From Sarea resinae (taxonomy: Eukaryota): a stretch of 64,000 nt of DNA. Shown here piece after piece: positions 37,162 to 48,800 of this stretch. The stretch is taken from NCBI GenBank assembly GCA_026026165.1, contig JAPEUD010000045.1:1-64000 (forward strand), written 5' to 3'. The position numbers and the translations under genes were made by a program. Positions within the stretch are counted from its first letter, which is position 1; each line of letters opens with the position of its first letter. Below the pieces are notes generated by a model that saw only the letters and a program-made list of their open reading frames with translations, was not told the origin of the DNA and did not search any database.

Positions 37162-38874
37162 CTACGCCGACTTCGCAGGCCATTCGGTGCGCTTGCGAGC
37201 GCGCACGTAAAAGTTCAGGGGCCGGATGAGCTGGAACTCGGGGTCGTACTCGATGGCCTCGTACGAGGTGCGCACGAACTCGTAGCGATAGACGAGCTCG
37301 GGGAAGAGGATCTTGGCCTCCTGCAGGGCGAAGTTGAAGCCGATGCAGCCGCGCGGGCCGGTGGCAAAGGGCAGGTACGAGCACCGGTGCCGGTTCTTGA
37401 CCGCCGCCGTGTCCCATCGGCCCGTGTCGAACTTGGTCGCGTTGTCCCAGTATTTCGGGTTCGTGTGGATGGCGTAGAGGGCGGGGACTAGCACGGCCTC
37501 CTTGGGCAGCCGCCAGCCGCCGGGTACGATCACTTCTTGCTTCGTCGTGCGGCCAGGCTGGAAGGATGGGTTGTGGATCCGCTGACTCTCCTTGACGAAC
37601 TTGTCGAGGTAGCTCAGCGACGCGACGACGTCGGGGCTCCAGGTTGTTTCGTTGTCGATGCCGTGGTCGACGAGCTCTTGGAGCAGCCGCTCTTGCTCGC
37701 CGGGGTAGGTGACGAGGGAGTAGAGCAGCCATGATAGCAGCGACGACGTCGTTGTGAAGCCGGCAGCCGTCATCACCACCATGTTCGGGATCGCGAGGCT
37801 CGACGGGAGCTTCTCGCCTTTCTCGTCGACGGCCCGGTTCATGTAGTCGACGACGTTGCGCGCCTGGAGGGCCGCCTCGTGCAGAGGAAGATCCGATGCG
37901 CCGGGGACGGTGGCGTTGTTGACCGCATCCATGATGAACGCGTATGTCTCCTGCTGGACCTCCTTCAGCCGTTTCGGGTCACCGAAAGGTAGCTTCTTGT
38001 ACCATTCGCCACGCGATGAGATCCTCTTGTTGAGGGCAAGGAAGTTAGCAATAGACACGACGGCGGGGTGCATGGGCGCGTCGGGGCTGTCGAAGTGGCC
38101 AAAGTCCATGCCGAGCGCGAATTTGCCGATGGTCTGAGACGCCAGCTTGAGCATGTACTGGTAGACGTTCCACGACTCGCCGGCCGCGTCGAGGGCGTCG
38201 AAGACCGGGAACGAGTTGCGCACCGTCTGCTGCATGAGCGGCGTATAGTGGCGAACGGCCTTGGGGCTGAGACAGGGCGGAATGAACTTATGGGCCAGTT
38301 TGAAGTTCTCGATTTCGGTGTCGCAGAGGAAGATGGCCGAATTGTCCTTGATGCCGTACAGAGGGTGGGAAGGCGTGATGTTCTTGGTAAAATAGGCCGA
38401 TTCGCTGAAGGCGAAGGCGGCGACTTCGGGCTCGTCGGTGAGGTAGACGACCTTGCCCATGGCATTAGTCTTGATGACGGTTCCGTACTTGTGGAATAGC
38501 CGTGCATGGTTGCCTAGGTGGTCGGGGAAGATCTCGTAGTAGTTGCCCACAAAGGGAAGTCCGGGCGGGCCGGCAGGTTCTCGTATCGGCATTCCGTCTA
38601 CGGTGATGCCAATAGGTGTTTGGGAATCAATGGCGTCAGCTGTCGATTCAATGGGCGTATCTGAACCTTGGAATGCAATTCCTGTGACCTCATGTTAGCT
38701 GCTGGATGACCAGTATTCTGGGGTAGGAACCAGTATCGTACCAGAGGGTTCGATGATATGGAATTCATCGCCGACTGTCTTTTGTAGAGCTTTGAAGTCC
38801 TGACCCGGATTCACATCGATGGAGCGATTCGTCGAAGATTCCAACCCCACGAGGTGGAATTGTTTGGCGACCAT
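37162..38874 (-). CDS. Cytochrome P450, CYP505 clan without fused reductase (CYP540/CYP541-like fatty-acid hydroxylase)
   Basis: ATG 38874 (MVAKQFHLVG), intron 38741-38682; GPPGLPFVGN, I-helix AAGFTTT, K-helix KESQR, heme motif PFATGPRGCIG; no N-terminal TM anchor. Confidence 0.9.
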
Positions 38875-39044
38875 CTTCGATAGGATTGCCTGTCCGGAAG
38901 CGGTAGTGGCTGCTGAAATTTAGAGCGGGCTTCAATCCAGGGTCGAATGCAGAAGGACGCTGATGGAGAGTCGAGATGGACGACTCGACCATGTCTGATA
39001 TATGTCGTTCTTCATCAAGGCAAGAACCTGGCATCCATGGACTG

Positions 39045-39691
39045 CCGAGGTATCATCCAGAAAGTGACTCGTGCGGAGCGCTAGAAAGCGTCAGCATCGT
39101 CATCTCTGATAGTCATGGGGCTCTGCTTCTCTGCCCGACCTTCTCAGCATGGTCCAGAAGATGGTTGCCGTGGCTTGGGTCCGCCACCCGATTTTAGTCC
39201 GGGCTCACGGGAGGGATCCATGAATGAATGCATGGACTATCTACGCCATCATCGAGGTGGATAGGAATGTCTCCTCCCCTACCACTGTCGTCTACTCGGA
39301 AGCAGGCTCCTGGACAGGAAGCCATCCGTAGCTGGAGGTATGTATGGAGGTTGTGCTTCCCGTGACATGCTTGCGACATTATCAATTTATAAAGAAGGTG
39401 TCAGGGTTCAACGGCTGCGAGTTAGCGGGCTGTCCGAGAACCCGGCAGTGTTGAATTTCGACTGATCGGCAATCGATCAACGTCGTCGTCGAGCTGTCTA
39501 CTCCGTAGTGCCGGCCAACGTCAGAATTAGGGTGCGGCACCTGTGGATCGCCACGACTAGCCCCGGTGATCGCCCCCTATTCTCGTGGGGGCCCCGACCG
39601 AGGCTTCTCCTCTCTCCTCTCTCCTCTCTCCTCTCTCCTCTTCTCCTCAAATCTCCTCTTGGGCTACAAAATAATGACTACCGAGCCTCGG
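39045..39691. promoter_or_regulatory. Three CCGAGG/CCTCGG (FarA/Ctf1-type) sites in the P450-b5/b5R divergent promoter
   Basis: CCGAGG 39045-39050 and 39598-39603, CCTCGG 39686-39691 (inside CCGAGCCTCGG). Confidence 0.45.
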
Positions 39692-40004
39692 CAACTTGGC
39701 TTCTTGCATGATGGCATACCGGCAGTCGAGAAAGTTTACTGTCAATATCCAAATGATGACATTCTACTCGACATAGAAGCGCGGCCTTTTGTCTCCTCGC
39801 GAGATGAACATTAATAGAGACCCTCCGATTGGAGAGGCATTTAACCTAGCCTGTTACTTTCTGCTTGGATTTGACTGAACGTCAATTTTTTTATTTCTAC
39901 TCCCTCAGCGTTCTTCGCGAATTTCTGGCAGACGACAAACTGTCAGCTCTTCTCTACATTGTTCGTCTAGTTTTCGTTCTGCTACACTACTTCGCCTTGT
40001 CGCA

Positions 40005-41539
40005 ATGTCGGAGACCTACTCCCTTGAAGAGGTAGGAAAGCATACGTCTCCGGACGATCTCTGGATAATCATCCACAACAAAGGTACGCATGCATCGTCA
40101 GTGTGTAGTTGATGTTTTAAAGCTAACATATATTATAGTCTATAACATATCGACATACCTCGAGGAGCACCCGGGTGGTATCGAGGTCTTGAAAGAATGT
40201 GCGGGTGCTGATGCTACCTTCGCATTTGAAGATGTTGGACATTCGGATGACGCCGTGGAAAGGCTGGCGGATTTCCTTGTTGGCGAGCTAGCAGATGAGG
40301 TAGGCTGTCTCACCGTCCACGGTGACCATCTGCAATGCTGACAGGCAGTGATTCCAGCATCGACAAGAGAATGTCGAATTCTATCGTCCGACATACGAAA
40401 AAGTCACGGCCGTCCCAATCCTGAAGACTAAGACATCGATATGGAAGCGATTGGAACGTCTGGCCGTCAAGCTTCTAGCTGCTGGAGCCCTTGGAACGGG
40501 CATCTACCTCGCTCGGAATGGCTTTGGTCAGGGTTTCTCTGCACTTCAGATCGACGGCCTGAAGCAGTGGATCCCCCACGGCCTCCCTCGTCCAGCTGGG
40601 GGCTTTTGGCAAGGCTATATCAGCTCTACTTTGGCATCCGCTGTCGTGGTGTTCGCTGGTGGAAACTACCTGTACAAGTCCCTGAACGAAGTCCATGATT
40701 TCCAGAAGTTTCCTGCCCACAAGCGCAGTGATTATACAATTCTCGTAAAGAAGTCAACAAGGGCTCTCAAGGGAGCGTCCGCTGCTCCACCGGTCCTTGA
40801 TCCCCGCACTTACCGGAAATTTCCACTTGCTGTCAAGGAAAAGCTCTCGCCCAACACGTATCACTTCGTCTTCGATCTCCCCACGAAGTCCTCTGTTCTG
40901 GGACTGCCCATCGGCCAGCATGTCGCTATCCGTGCCGATATTGGCGGTCAATCGATCAGCCGGTCTTATACACCCGTTTCCAATGATACGGATAAGGGCG
41001 TCCTCGAAATGGTGATCAAAGTCTACCCGAATGGTTTGCTGACGAACTACCTTGCTTCCTTGAACGTCGGTGACAAAGTCGAGTTCCGTGGCCCGAAAGG
41101 GGCCATGAAGTACCACAAAGGTCTTTGCAAGCACATCGGCATGATAGCGGGTGGTACTGGCATCACTCCTATGTACCAGCTCATTCGCGCAATCTGTGAG
41201 GACGAATCCGACAATACCACCGTCAGCCTCCTCTACGCCAACAACACGGAAGAGGACATTCTTCTCCGAGCACGATTAGATGCTTGGGCGAAGAAGTACC
41301 CGAAGAAGTTCAAGGTTTGGTACGTCTTGAGCCAGGCGCCCACGGGGTGGCAATTTGGTACCGGCTTTGTCACCAAGGACCTGATCAAGGAGCGACTACC
41401 TACACCGTCCCCCGATTCCAAGATCATGCTCTGCGGCCCTCCCGGCATGATCAATGCCATGAAGACCAATCTAGATCAGTTGGGATTCACAACGCCTGGG
41501 GCCATCTCCACGGCCAGCGACCAGATTTTCTTGTTCTAG
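40005..41539 (+). CDS. Cytochrome b5 / NADH-cytochrome b5 reductase natural fusion
   Basis: Introns 40084-40138 and 40300-40357; b5 heme ligands EHPGG and VGHS; two hydrophobic linker helices; reductase motifs [31 protein letters not shown]. Confidence 0.93.
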
Positions 41540-42581
41540 CGTGGCGATTTCCGTGTGCCTGCATATAGATGGCCGTATTCTGATTCATCTTTTCCTTGAG
41601 ATAGATTGTCGTCTCCTGTTGTATGCATTACTGTATAGATTAGATTGGCCTTTGTTGTATATCAGAATCAGATATTCTTGTGACAGGATCCATGAGCCAA
41701 CATTGTCCACATCGAGAGGCTTGGAAGGAAGACGGACTTCATAGATAATCAGGCTGTGTGTGGCGTTCGATGGGAATGCAAGGGATACAACTGCCGGTCC
41801 CTGCCGGGTGGCTGTCGATAGACGAGCCCAGGGGGTCACGGTAGATGGGCCGTGACTGCGTGGGGGCCGACGGGGCCCCTCCTCCAGCTCTTGCACCGAC
41901 TCGCTTCGAGTCTACTCCGAGCGCGACGGAGATTCTTATTTCCAGCCTCTGACAGCTGGAGCGGCGGGCACTACGAAGCTACTACGTAGTACATGCACTT
42001 CCATTCCATCGACAACCTCCACTTTCTCCATTCTTCTCCATCTCCTCCGCCTAGTATTGTCATCCGGGCACGGCTAAGGCATCAACGATTTGCCGTTACT
42101 CTTGAAATATACCGAGGTTCGATTCTGTGGTGTTCATCCTTTGTTGTTCTTCGAGGATCGCCCTCACCCGCGAGGCTCGACGGCAAATGCTGGTACGGAT
42201 TTCGGATCGGCCTTCTAGCTTCCACCGTCTACCGAAGTTCCCATGATGACGAAGCTCTGCTTTGGCGACATCGCTGTCGGATCTGCTCTGGAAAGTCCCT
42301 CAGACGGCGTCGACGAGGGGCCATCGCTCAGGCTACCTTGCATAGCCGGCCATGGATCTACGATCATGGTGCATAATCGACATCCAGGACATGCCGGCCT
42401 CGCAGCATCCCAGGGGCTTAGCCGTCTTATAAAGTCGTGTCTATCCACTGTGTGGAGTGACTGAAGCAAGACATAAGAATACTATATATTCCCTCACGCA
42501 ATCTATCGCTCTCGAACTCCCATCCTCTATCCCTCGACCTCTCTCTCACTTTCCATCGGATCGACTGTAAACATAAAGCAT

Positions 42582-44432
42582 ATGGCTTGGACAGCACCCG
42601 TGACCGACGACCGCTCAGTCGCCATTCTGGGCGCGGGCGTGCTTGGCCGCCGCATCGCCACAATGTGGGTTGCTGGCGGATACAACGTCAATATCCGAGA
42701 TCCCTCGGCCGATCAGCGAAATGCCGCCCTCCAATATGTCAAAGAGAATGCGCCTCCACGTGCGGCACAGATTGGCAGCAAGAAGTTGGGCCATGTCCAG
42801 GTCTTCGAAGATCTCGCGTCAACCGTCAAGGACGCTTGGCTGACGATCGAAGCGGTTCCCGAGGTGTTGCAATTGAAGATCGACACGTTTGGCGAACTCG
42901 ACTCCCTCGTTCCGGATGATTGCCTCCTCGCTTCAAATTCCTCGTCCTACAAAAGCAACGTGATGCTTTCCAAAGTGAGACCAGGAACCCACGGCAGGGT
43001 CCTCAATATGCATTACTTCATGCCGCCAGATCTCCGAGTGGTGGAATTAATGACCAGCGGGTCCACCGAGCCGGAGATTTTCCCGTTTCTGATGGATGTC
43101 TTGAAAGGCCTCGAAATGTTCCCCGTGACTGTTCGCAAAGAATCGACTGGTTTCCTCTTCAATCGAATCTGGGCTGCCATCAAACGAGAATGTCTGCTTG
43201 TCCTCGCAGATGGAGTTGGCACACCGGAAGATATCGATGCCATTTGGCATGAGATGTGGGATAATTCGAAGGTCGGGCCTTGCGGTTTCATGGACCAGGT
43301 TGGCCTCGATACTGTTGCCTTTATTGAGGGCCACTACATCGATGAACGTCACTTAGACTCGCGTGCGAGAGATTTCGTGCGGTCCGAGTACGTCGAAAAG
43401 GGAAAGCTAGGGAATAAATCAAACCTTGGTGGGCTGTATCCTCCTAAATCGGTTGCGAATAGACAGGCCAACGGAGACACCAACGGACACGGAACCGGGC
43501 ATAACACAGTGCCTACGCTTTATTTCCTCGATATTGGAGTGGGGAATCTCGACGCACCTTTTTCGTCAGGACGTGTACTTTCTGGCGCCGCTGACGGGCG
43601 GCCGCTCAAGACTCTGGTCCACTCCGAAGCTGCACCAGATGGCGTCGATGTTTGTAGAGACACCGGACGCTTGTATTGGACCAATATGGGAGTCCCACGG
43701 TCAAATGACGGCTGCGTGAAGTCTTGCGCCTTGGATGGCTCTGATGTGCGCACTATAATCCCCGTCGGCGCAGTTCACACGCCCAAAGAGATTGTCGTGG
43801 CCAATGTATCCAAGAAGGTGTATTTCTCGGACCGCGAGGGCCTGCGAGTGATGCGCTGCAATCTCGACGGTAGCAAACATGAGACCCTCATCCAGACGGG
43901 TGATTGGCAAGACCCAAGCCAAATGGCGGATCCGACCCGATGGTGTGTCGGCATCACGGTCGACGAAAAGCGGAGGAAGTTCTACTGGACTCAAAAGGGC
44001 CCGAGTAAAGCGGGCAAGGGCCGTATCTTCAGGGCCAACATAGACATACCCGCCGGCCAGAGCGCCACCGATCGCACGGACATCGAAGTGCTGTTCTCCC
44101 ACCTCCCGGAGCCCATCGATCTCGAATTCGACAAAGCAGCAGAGATGCTATACTGGACCGATCGCGGCGAAATGCCGTACGGCAACAGCCTCAACCGCGC
44201 CTATGTCGGCTCGTCCAAACCCGCGGCGACGACCAAGTTCGAAAAGACGTATGGCTATACCATCCTCGCGACCGGGCTGCACGAAGCCATCGGCCTGAAA
44301 CTTGACACGGTGAACAAGCACATCTACGCTTCTGATCTCGGCGGGTGCATCTACCAGTTCGACCTGGATGGCTCGAACCGGGTGAAGATGTATGAGGGCC
44401 AGGGCGCCTACACCGGCCTCACCTTTGCATAG
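42582..44432 (+). CDS. 3-hydroxyacyl-CoA dehydrogenase fused to a YWTD (LDLR class B-like) six-bladed beta-propeller
   Basis: GAGVLG, IEAVPE, ASNSSS, NMHYFMPP, GFLFNRIW; then blades LYFLD, LYWTN, VYFSD, FYWTQ, LYWTD, IYASD; intronless. Confidence 0.9.
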   Translation: MAWTAPVTDDRSVAILGAGVLGRRIATMWVAGGYNVNIRDPSADQRNAALQYVKENAPPRAAQIGSKKLGHVQVFEDLASTVKDAWLTIEAVPEVLQLKIDTFGELDSLVPDDCLLASNSSSYKSNVMLSKVRPGTHGRVLNMHYFMPPDLRVVELMTSGSTEPEIFPFLMDVLKGLEMFPVTVRKESTGFLFNRIWAAIKRECLLVLADGVGTPEDIDAIWHEMWDNSKVGPCGFMDQVGLDTVAFIEGHYIDERHLDSRARDFVRSEYVEKGKLGNKSNLGGLYPPKSVANRQANGDTNGHGTGHNTVPTLYFLDIGVGNLDAPFSSGRVLSGAADGRPLKTLVHSEAAPDGVDVCRDTGRLYWTNMGVPRSNDGCVKSCALDGSDVRTIIPVGAVHTPKEIVVANVSKKVYFSDREGLRVMRCNLDGSKHETLIQTGDWQDPSQMADPTRWCVGITVDEKRRKFYWTQKGPSKAGKGRIFRANIDIPAGQSATDRTDIEVLFSHLPEPIDLEFDKAAEMLYWTDRGEMPYGNSLNRAYVGSSKPAATTKFEKTYGYTILATGLHEAIGLKLDTVNKHIYASDLGGCIYQFDLDGSNRVKMYEGQGAYTGLTFA

Positions 44433-45808
44433 AGCGCCGAGTCTTTTTTTTTCTTTCTTTGTTTTCGTCCGCTTCTCTCTCCTTTTTTTCTTTCTTTTTT
44501 TTAGACTTGATTTGGGGGGCTTTTCTTGGGTCTCGGGCGTCTCATTAGAAAGTAGCTTTAGAAGTCTCAGGGTTTAGAACTTCGGACATCTTGCCGCGCT
44601 TGTCTCTATGCAAAGCTGCCCTTCTCTTCGAGTCGTGTCGTGTGATGTGATGTCATGTAATGAGCCTAGCCCAACCAAGTCATCAAACAGCGTTGTCGCA
44701 ATCGACGAAGCTGACTGTCTTGGGTGGCGATCATGATTCATGGACTGATCCTCCCTTATCCATACCACAAATAGACCTCTTCCCCTTTCCCGCTTTGACT
44801 CTCCTCCCCTACTAAACTCTACATATCGTGCCTTGTGCTGCACCACCACCACCGCCACCTCTACGTACCGCCTGCCCTGAGACCATCATCCGGGCCTGGG
44901 CCTGGCGTATCCCCTTTCCCCCCTTTCACCTTTCCCATCCATACATGTACCCCCTTTCACCATTCACCTTTCTTTCCCCCTTTCTCTCACCCCCAGATCC
45001 GCCCGCTCCAGAAATACAAAAAGCCAATTTCGACTCTACTCATCGTACGGCCCTTGGTTGATAGTCTGACACGCTGATACGCGAACCGATTGACACCTTG
45101 GCACGCTGACACGCTGAATCGCTGAAACGCTGTTCTTTATCCGTGACCTGGGGAGACGGGGGGGGAGTTGGGGGTGGGGGCGTGGATCAAGCTGGACCGG
45201 ATCGCACCGGATCGGATCGGAGCGGATTAGTGGTCAATTTATCCGTCATCGGCCTATCGGTCTCTCGGTCATCGGTCATCCGTCGTCCGTCGTTCGGTTC
45301 ATGGTTCATTGTTGATCGGTCGTCGGTCATTGCTGGGATTTGTGGTAGGGAGGCTAGGTATGTGGTATAGGTATACTCCGGAGTAGTGTAGTAGAGTTGG
45401 GGTGGGGGTGGGGGGAAAGGGGGATAGAGGGGCGGGGGTTGATGGATGGATGGATGGATTGATTGATTGATTGATTGATTGTGGGTAGGGGTTGGGTAGG
45501 GGTTGGATGGGTAGGTTAAGGTTTGGGCAAGGTTTGGGCAAGGTTTTGTTTTGTGGGAGGGGTGATGGATGGATGGATGATGGATGGATGGACGATGGGA
45601 GGAGGGGGAGGAAATACTACGCAGTAGTGGTATACGCGCTGTGTACGAAGTAGTTCTAGCAGTAGGAGATCACTACCTTAGTCACTAGAGTATCAATAAG
45701 AATAACTGTTTATTTGGAAACGCACGACCTATCCGACAAGGACTCTCATACATAGAAAAAACCCCTTCCCGAAAAAGGAAAAACCAAAACACCCCGTAAT
45801 GGCCTCCC

Positions 45809-48800
45809 TCACACATCCTGCTTGCCCTCCTCCTCCTCCTCCTCTCCTTGCCCGTCCTCCTTCAGCACCGCCGCATTCACCAGTCTCGACTTACCCGCCA
45901 CGACACCGGCGACCGCCAGGAGCGAGCCGTTGCCCAGCAGTTCGAAGACGGGCACGTCGGCCTTGACCTCGCGGAAGAGCCAATTGCGCAACTCGACGGC
46001 CACGAGCGAGTCGACGCCGTACGCCGACATGGGCTCCGACGCGTGCAGGTCCTCGAGCGGGATCACGAGCATCTTGGACATTTTGGCAATGAGGGCATCG
46101 CAGATGAGAGCGGCGGCGTCGGCGACGGACTCGGCCTGCCTGAGCAGGGCAGGGAGCGTATCGGCCCCAGTGGCGCCGCCCTCGCCGTTGCCGTCCGAGC
46201 CCTGGTTCCGGTCGAGCTGGCGCAAGTGGCAGAACTTGATGTCGTGGAACCAGAAGGGCACCTCGGTGTCTTGCTTGACGGGGCTCGAGTCCACCATGCC
46301 TTGCGTGCCGAGCCCCGTGATCAGCTGGCAGCTGTCCTGGTCGCGGAACGAGCGCGTAAAGGCCGTTTTGACCATGGCAAGGAACTCGTCGTCGCGGATC
46401 CCCAGGAAGCCCCAGCGCTCCAGGTTGCCGGCCACGTTCTGGTTCTCGGCCACGAACCCGACTGAGAGAATCATCCCGAGGTCGATCGTCACGGCAGGGA
46501 GGCCGCGCGCGGTGCGGTAGTGCGCCATGGCGTCTTGGAAGGTCGAGGACGCGGCGTAGCTGGCCTGACTGGACGTGCCTACCGTGCCGGCCGTGGAGGA
46601 GAACATGACGAAGAAGTCCAGGTCAGACGGCGACGAAAAGCTATTGTGTAGATTCCACGTGCCGTCGACTTTGGGTCGCAACACATCTTGATACGCTCCA
46701 TGGCTCATCTTCTCGAAAATCGAATCCTGGGGAAATTTTTAGCTTTTTGTTTCCGGTATATGATAATTTTTCTTACCTTGAGTACCATGCCTCCGTGCAC
46801 CACGCCTCGAATCGGCGGCATCTCACGACGGCTCTGCTCCAGGGCCTTTGCAAGGTCACCGTCGCTCGATACGTCGCATCGATAAACAGCAACATTCACC
46901 CCGAGGTCCTTTAGATCCGAAACCAGGGCACGAGCACTCTCACTCGTGGCGCCGTTTCGTGAGAGGAAAATGAGGTTCTTTCCCCCGTTTTTGGCCATCC
47001 ACTTTGACAATGCCCTGCCTAAGCCTCCCAAGCCTCCAACGAGAAGATAAGAGGCATCTTCTCTGAGCTGCATTTCATTTGGCGGCCGGGGGATCACCTG
47101 GTGACGAATTAGCACTGACTTGGTCAAAAGCAGGATTTGGGCAAGATATCACTTTGACGATATCATTGTCGTTCGACTTGATGACTAGCTTCCCAAGATG
47201 CTTGCCGGCTTGCATGAATCGAAACGCGTCTTCCATGTTGGCAGTGCTGTACGCCGTAACCGGCTTCACGGGCTCGATTGTTCCCTTTCGAAGGAGATCC
47301 ATGACATCGGAGAAGATCCGGCCGGCCAACTCCTTTCGCTTTCGGAAGACGAGAACCATGTCGACCGATGCAAATTGGACGTTCCTGCTGAATATCTCCA
47401 TCTCCAGCCGAGAATTGAGTTGGAAGTCGCGCTTGCCAATCTCCACAAATCGACCAAAAGGCGCGATACAGTTCCACGTTTCGCGCAATAAGTCACCAGC
47501 CAGGGAGTTCAGGATAACATCCACTCCCTTGTTGTCAGTCATGCGACGGACCCCTTGAGCAAAAGAAGCGTCTCGGCTTGAGAAGATGTGGTCCTCCGGA
47601 ATACCATAGTTTTCCATGATGAACTTTTTCTTTTCGAGTGTGCCAACCGTTGTGAAGATTTCTGCCCCAATTATCTTTGCCAAAAGAATTGCTGCCTGTC
47701 CCACACCTCCGGCGGCGGCATGAATGAGGATTGTCTCACCCTTTTGAAGATGGGCAGTATCGACGAGAGCATAGTACGCCGTGGTGAAAACGATAGGCAA
47801 AGAAGCAGCAATTTCAAAAGACATGTCGTCGGGAAGCTTTTGAGCCCAGATGGCAGGATATCGAACGTAGTTTGAAAAAGCTCCCAAGGCAATGCTGGAG
47901 ACACGATCACCAACTTTGACATTTGTGACGGCGCCGCCTACCTCTTTGATTATTCCGGAGCATTCTACACCGAGAGGGTTGCCGACGATCTGGCCCATAG
48001 TCACCATGATGTCGCTGAAGTTAATACCAGTCGCTTTGACTTCGATTTCCACCTCATCCTCTCCAAGAGGCCCAGACCTAACAGGATCATCGATGAAGCG
48101 AAGGGTATCAAGCAGCCCAGGAGCGCCGATATCAATTTTCAGATCACGTCCAGGTTGCTTGAAAGACTGCAGGATCGAATCGGGTGGCTGAGTCTCGGCG
48201 TCAATGACCCGGTCCATTTCGACGTCGCCTAGTATTCGCGGAATCTGAAGCCTGCCGTGTCTCTCGGCAAACTCTAAATCGCAATCTTGGTTGTTATCTG
48301 CATCAGCAAACGAGGTTCCATACAGCTGGGAGATTGTCTTGACAGCTTCCTCATTAGACAAAGAGTCTGTCGTGTCCAAGTCAAGGGTGATGAACTTGAT
48401 GGCATGATTCTCCGTTCGAATTGAACGAGCCAGACCAGAGATCAGGTTGGCTTCGGGGGCTTCTCCATTGATCGAGCCACCACGAGTGACCCACAAAACA
48501 CCTCTTGCTGAGGAGAACATGCGCCGCAAGCCTTCAAAGTGAGTTGCACTAATCCCATGAAGGAACGGCCGAGAAAATTCACCCAAAAATATACAGACTT
48601 TGCCTGCCACTTCAAGGTCAGAATCCCCAAAGGTTTGTATTCCCGGCACCGCACCCGTCAAGGTCTGTACGCTGAAGCTCAGGGAGATCATCAATTGGTC
48701 GGGTATATCGCCGTTATGAATGATGATCGTCTCAGGAAAGTCTGGCGTCGAAGGAGCAACAGCCGTTGTAGCAAGAACACTGTAGAGCTTATCCTCTTCA

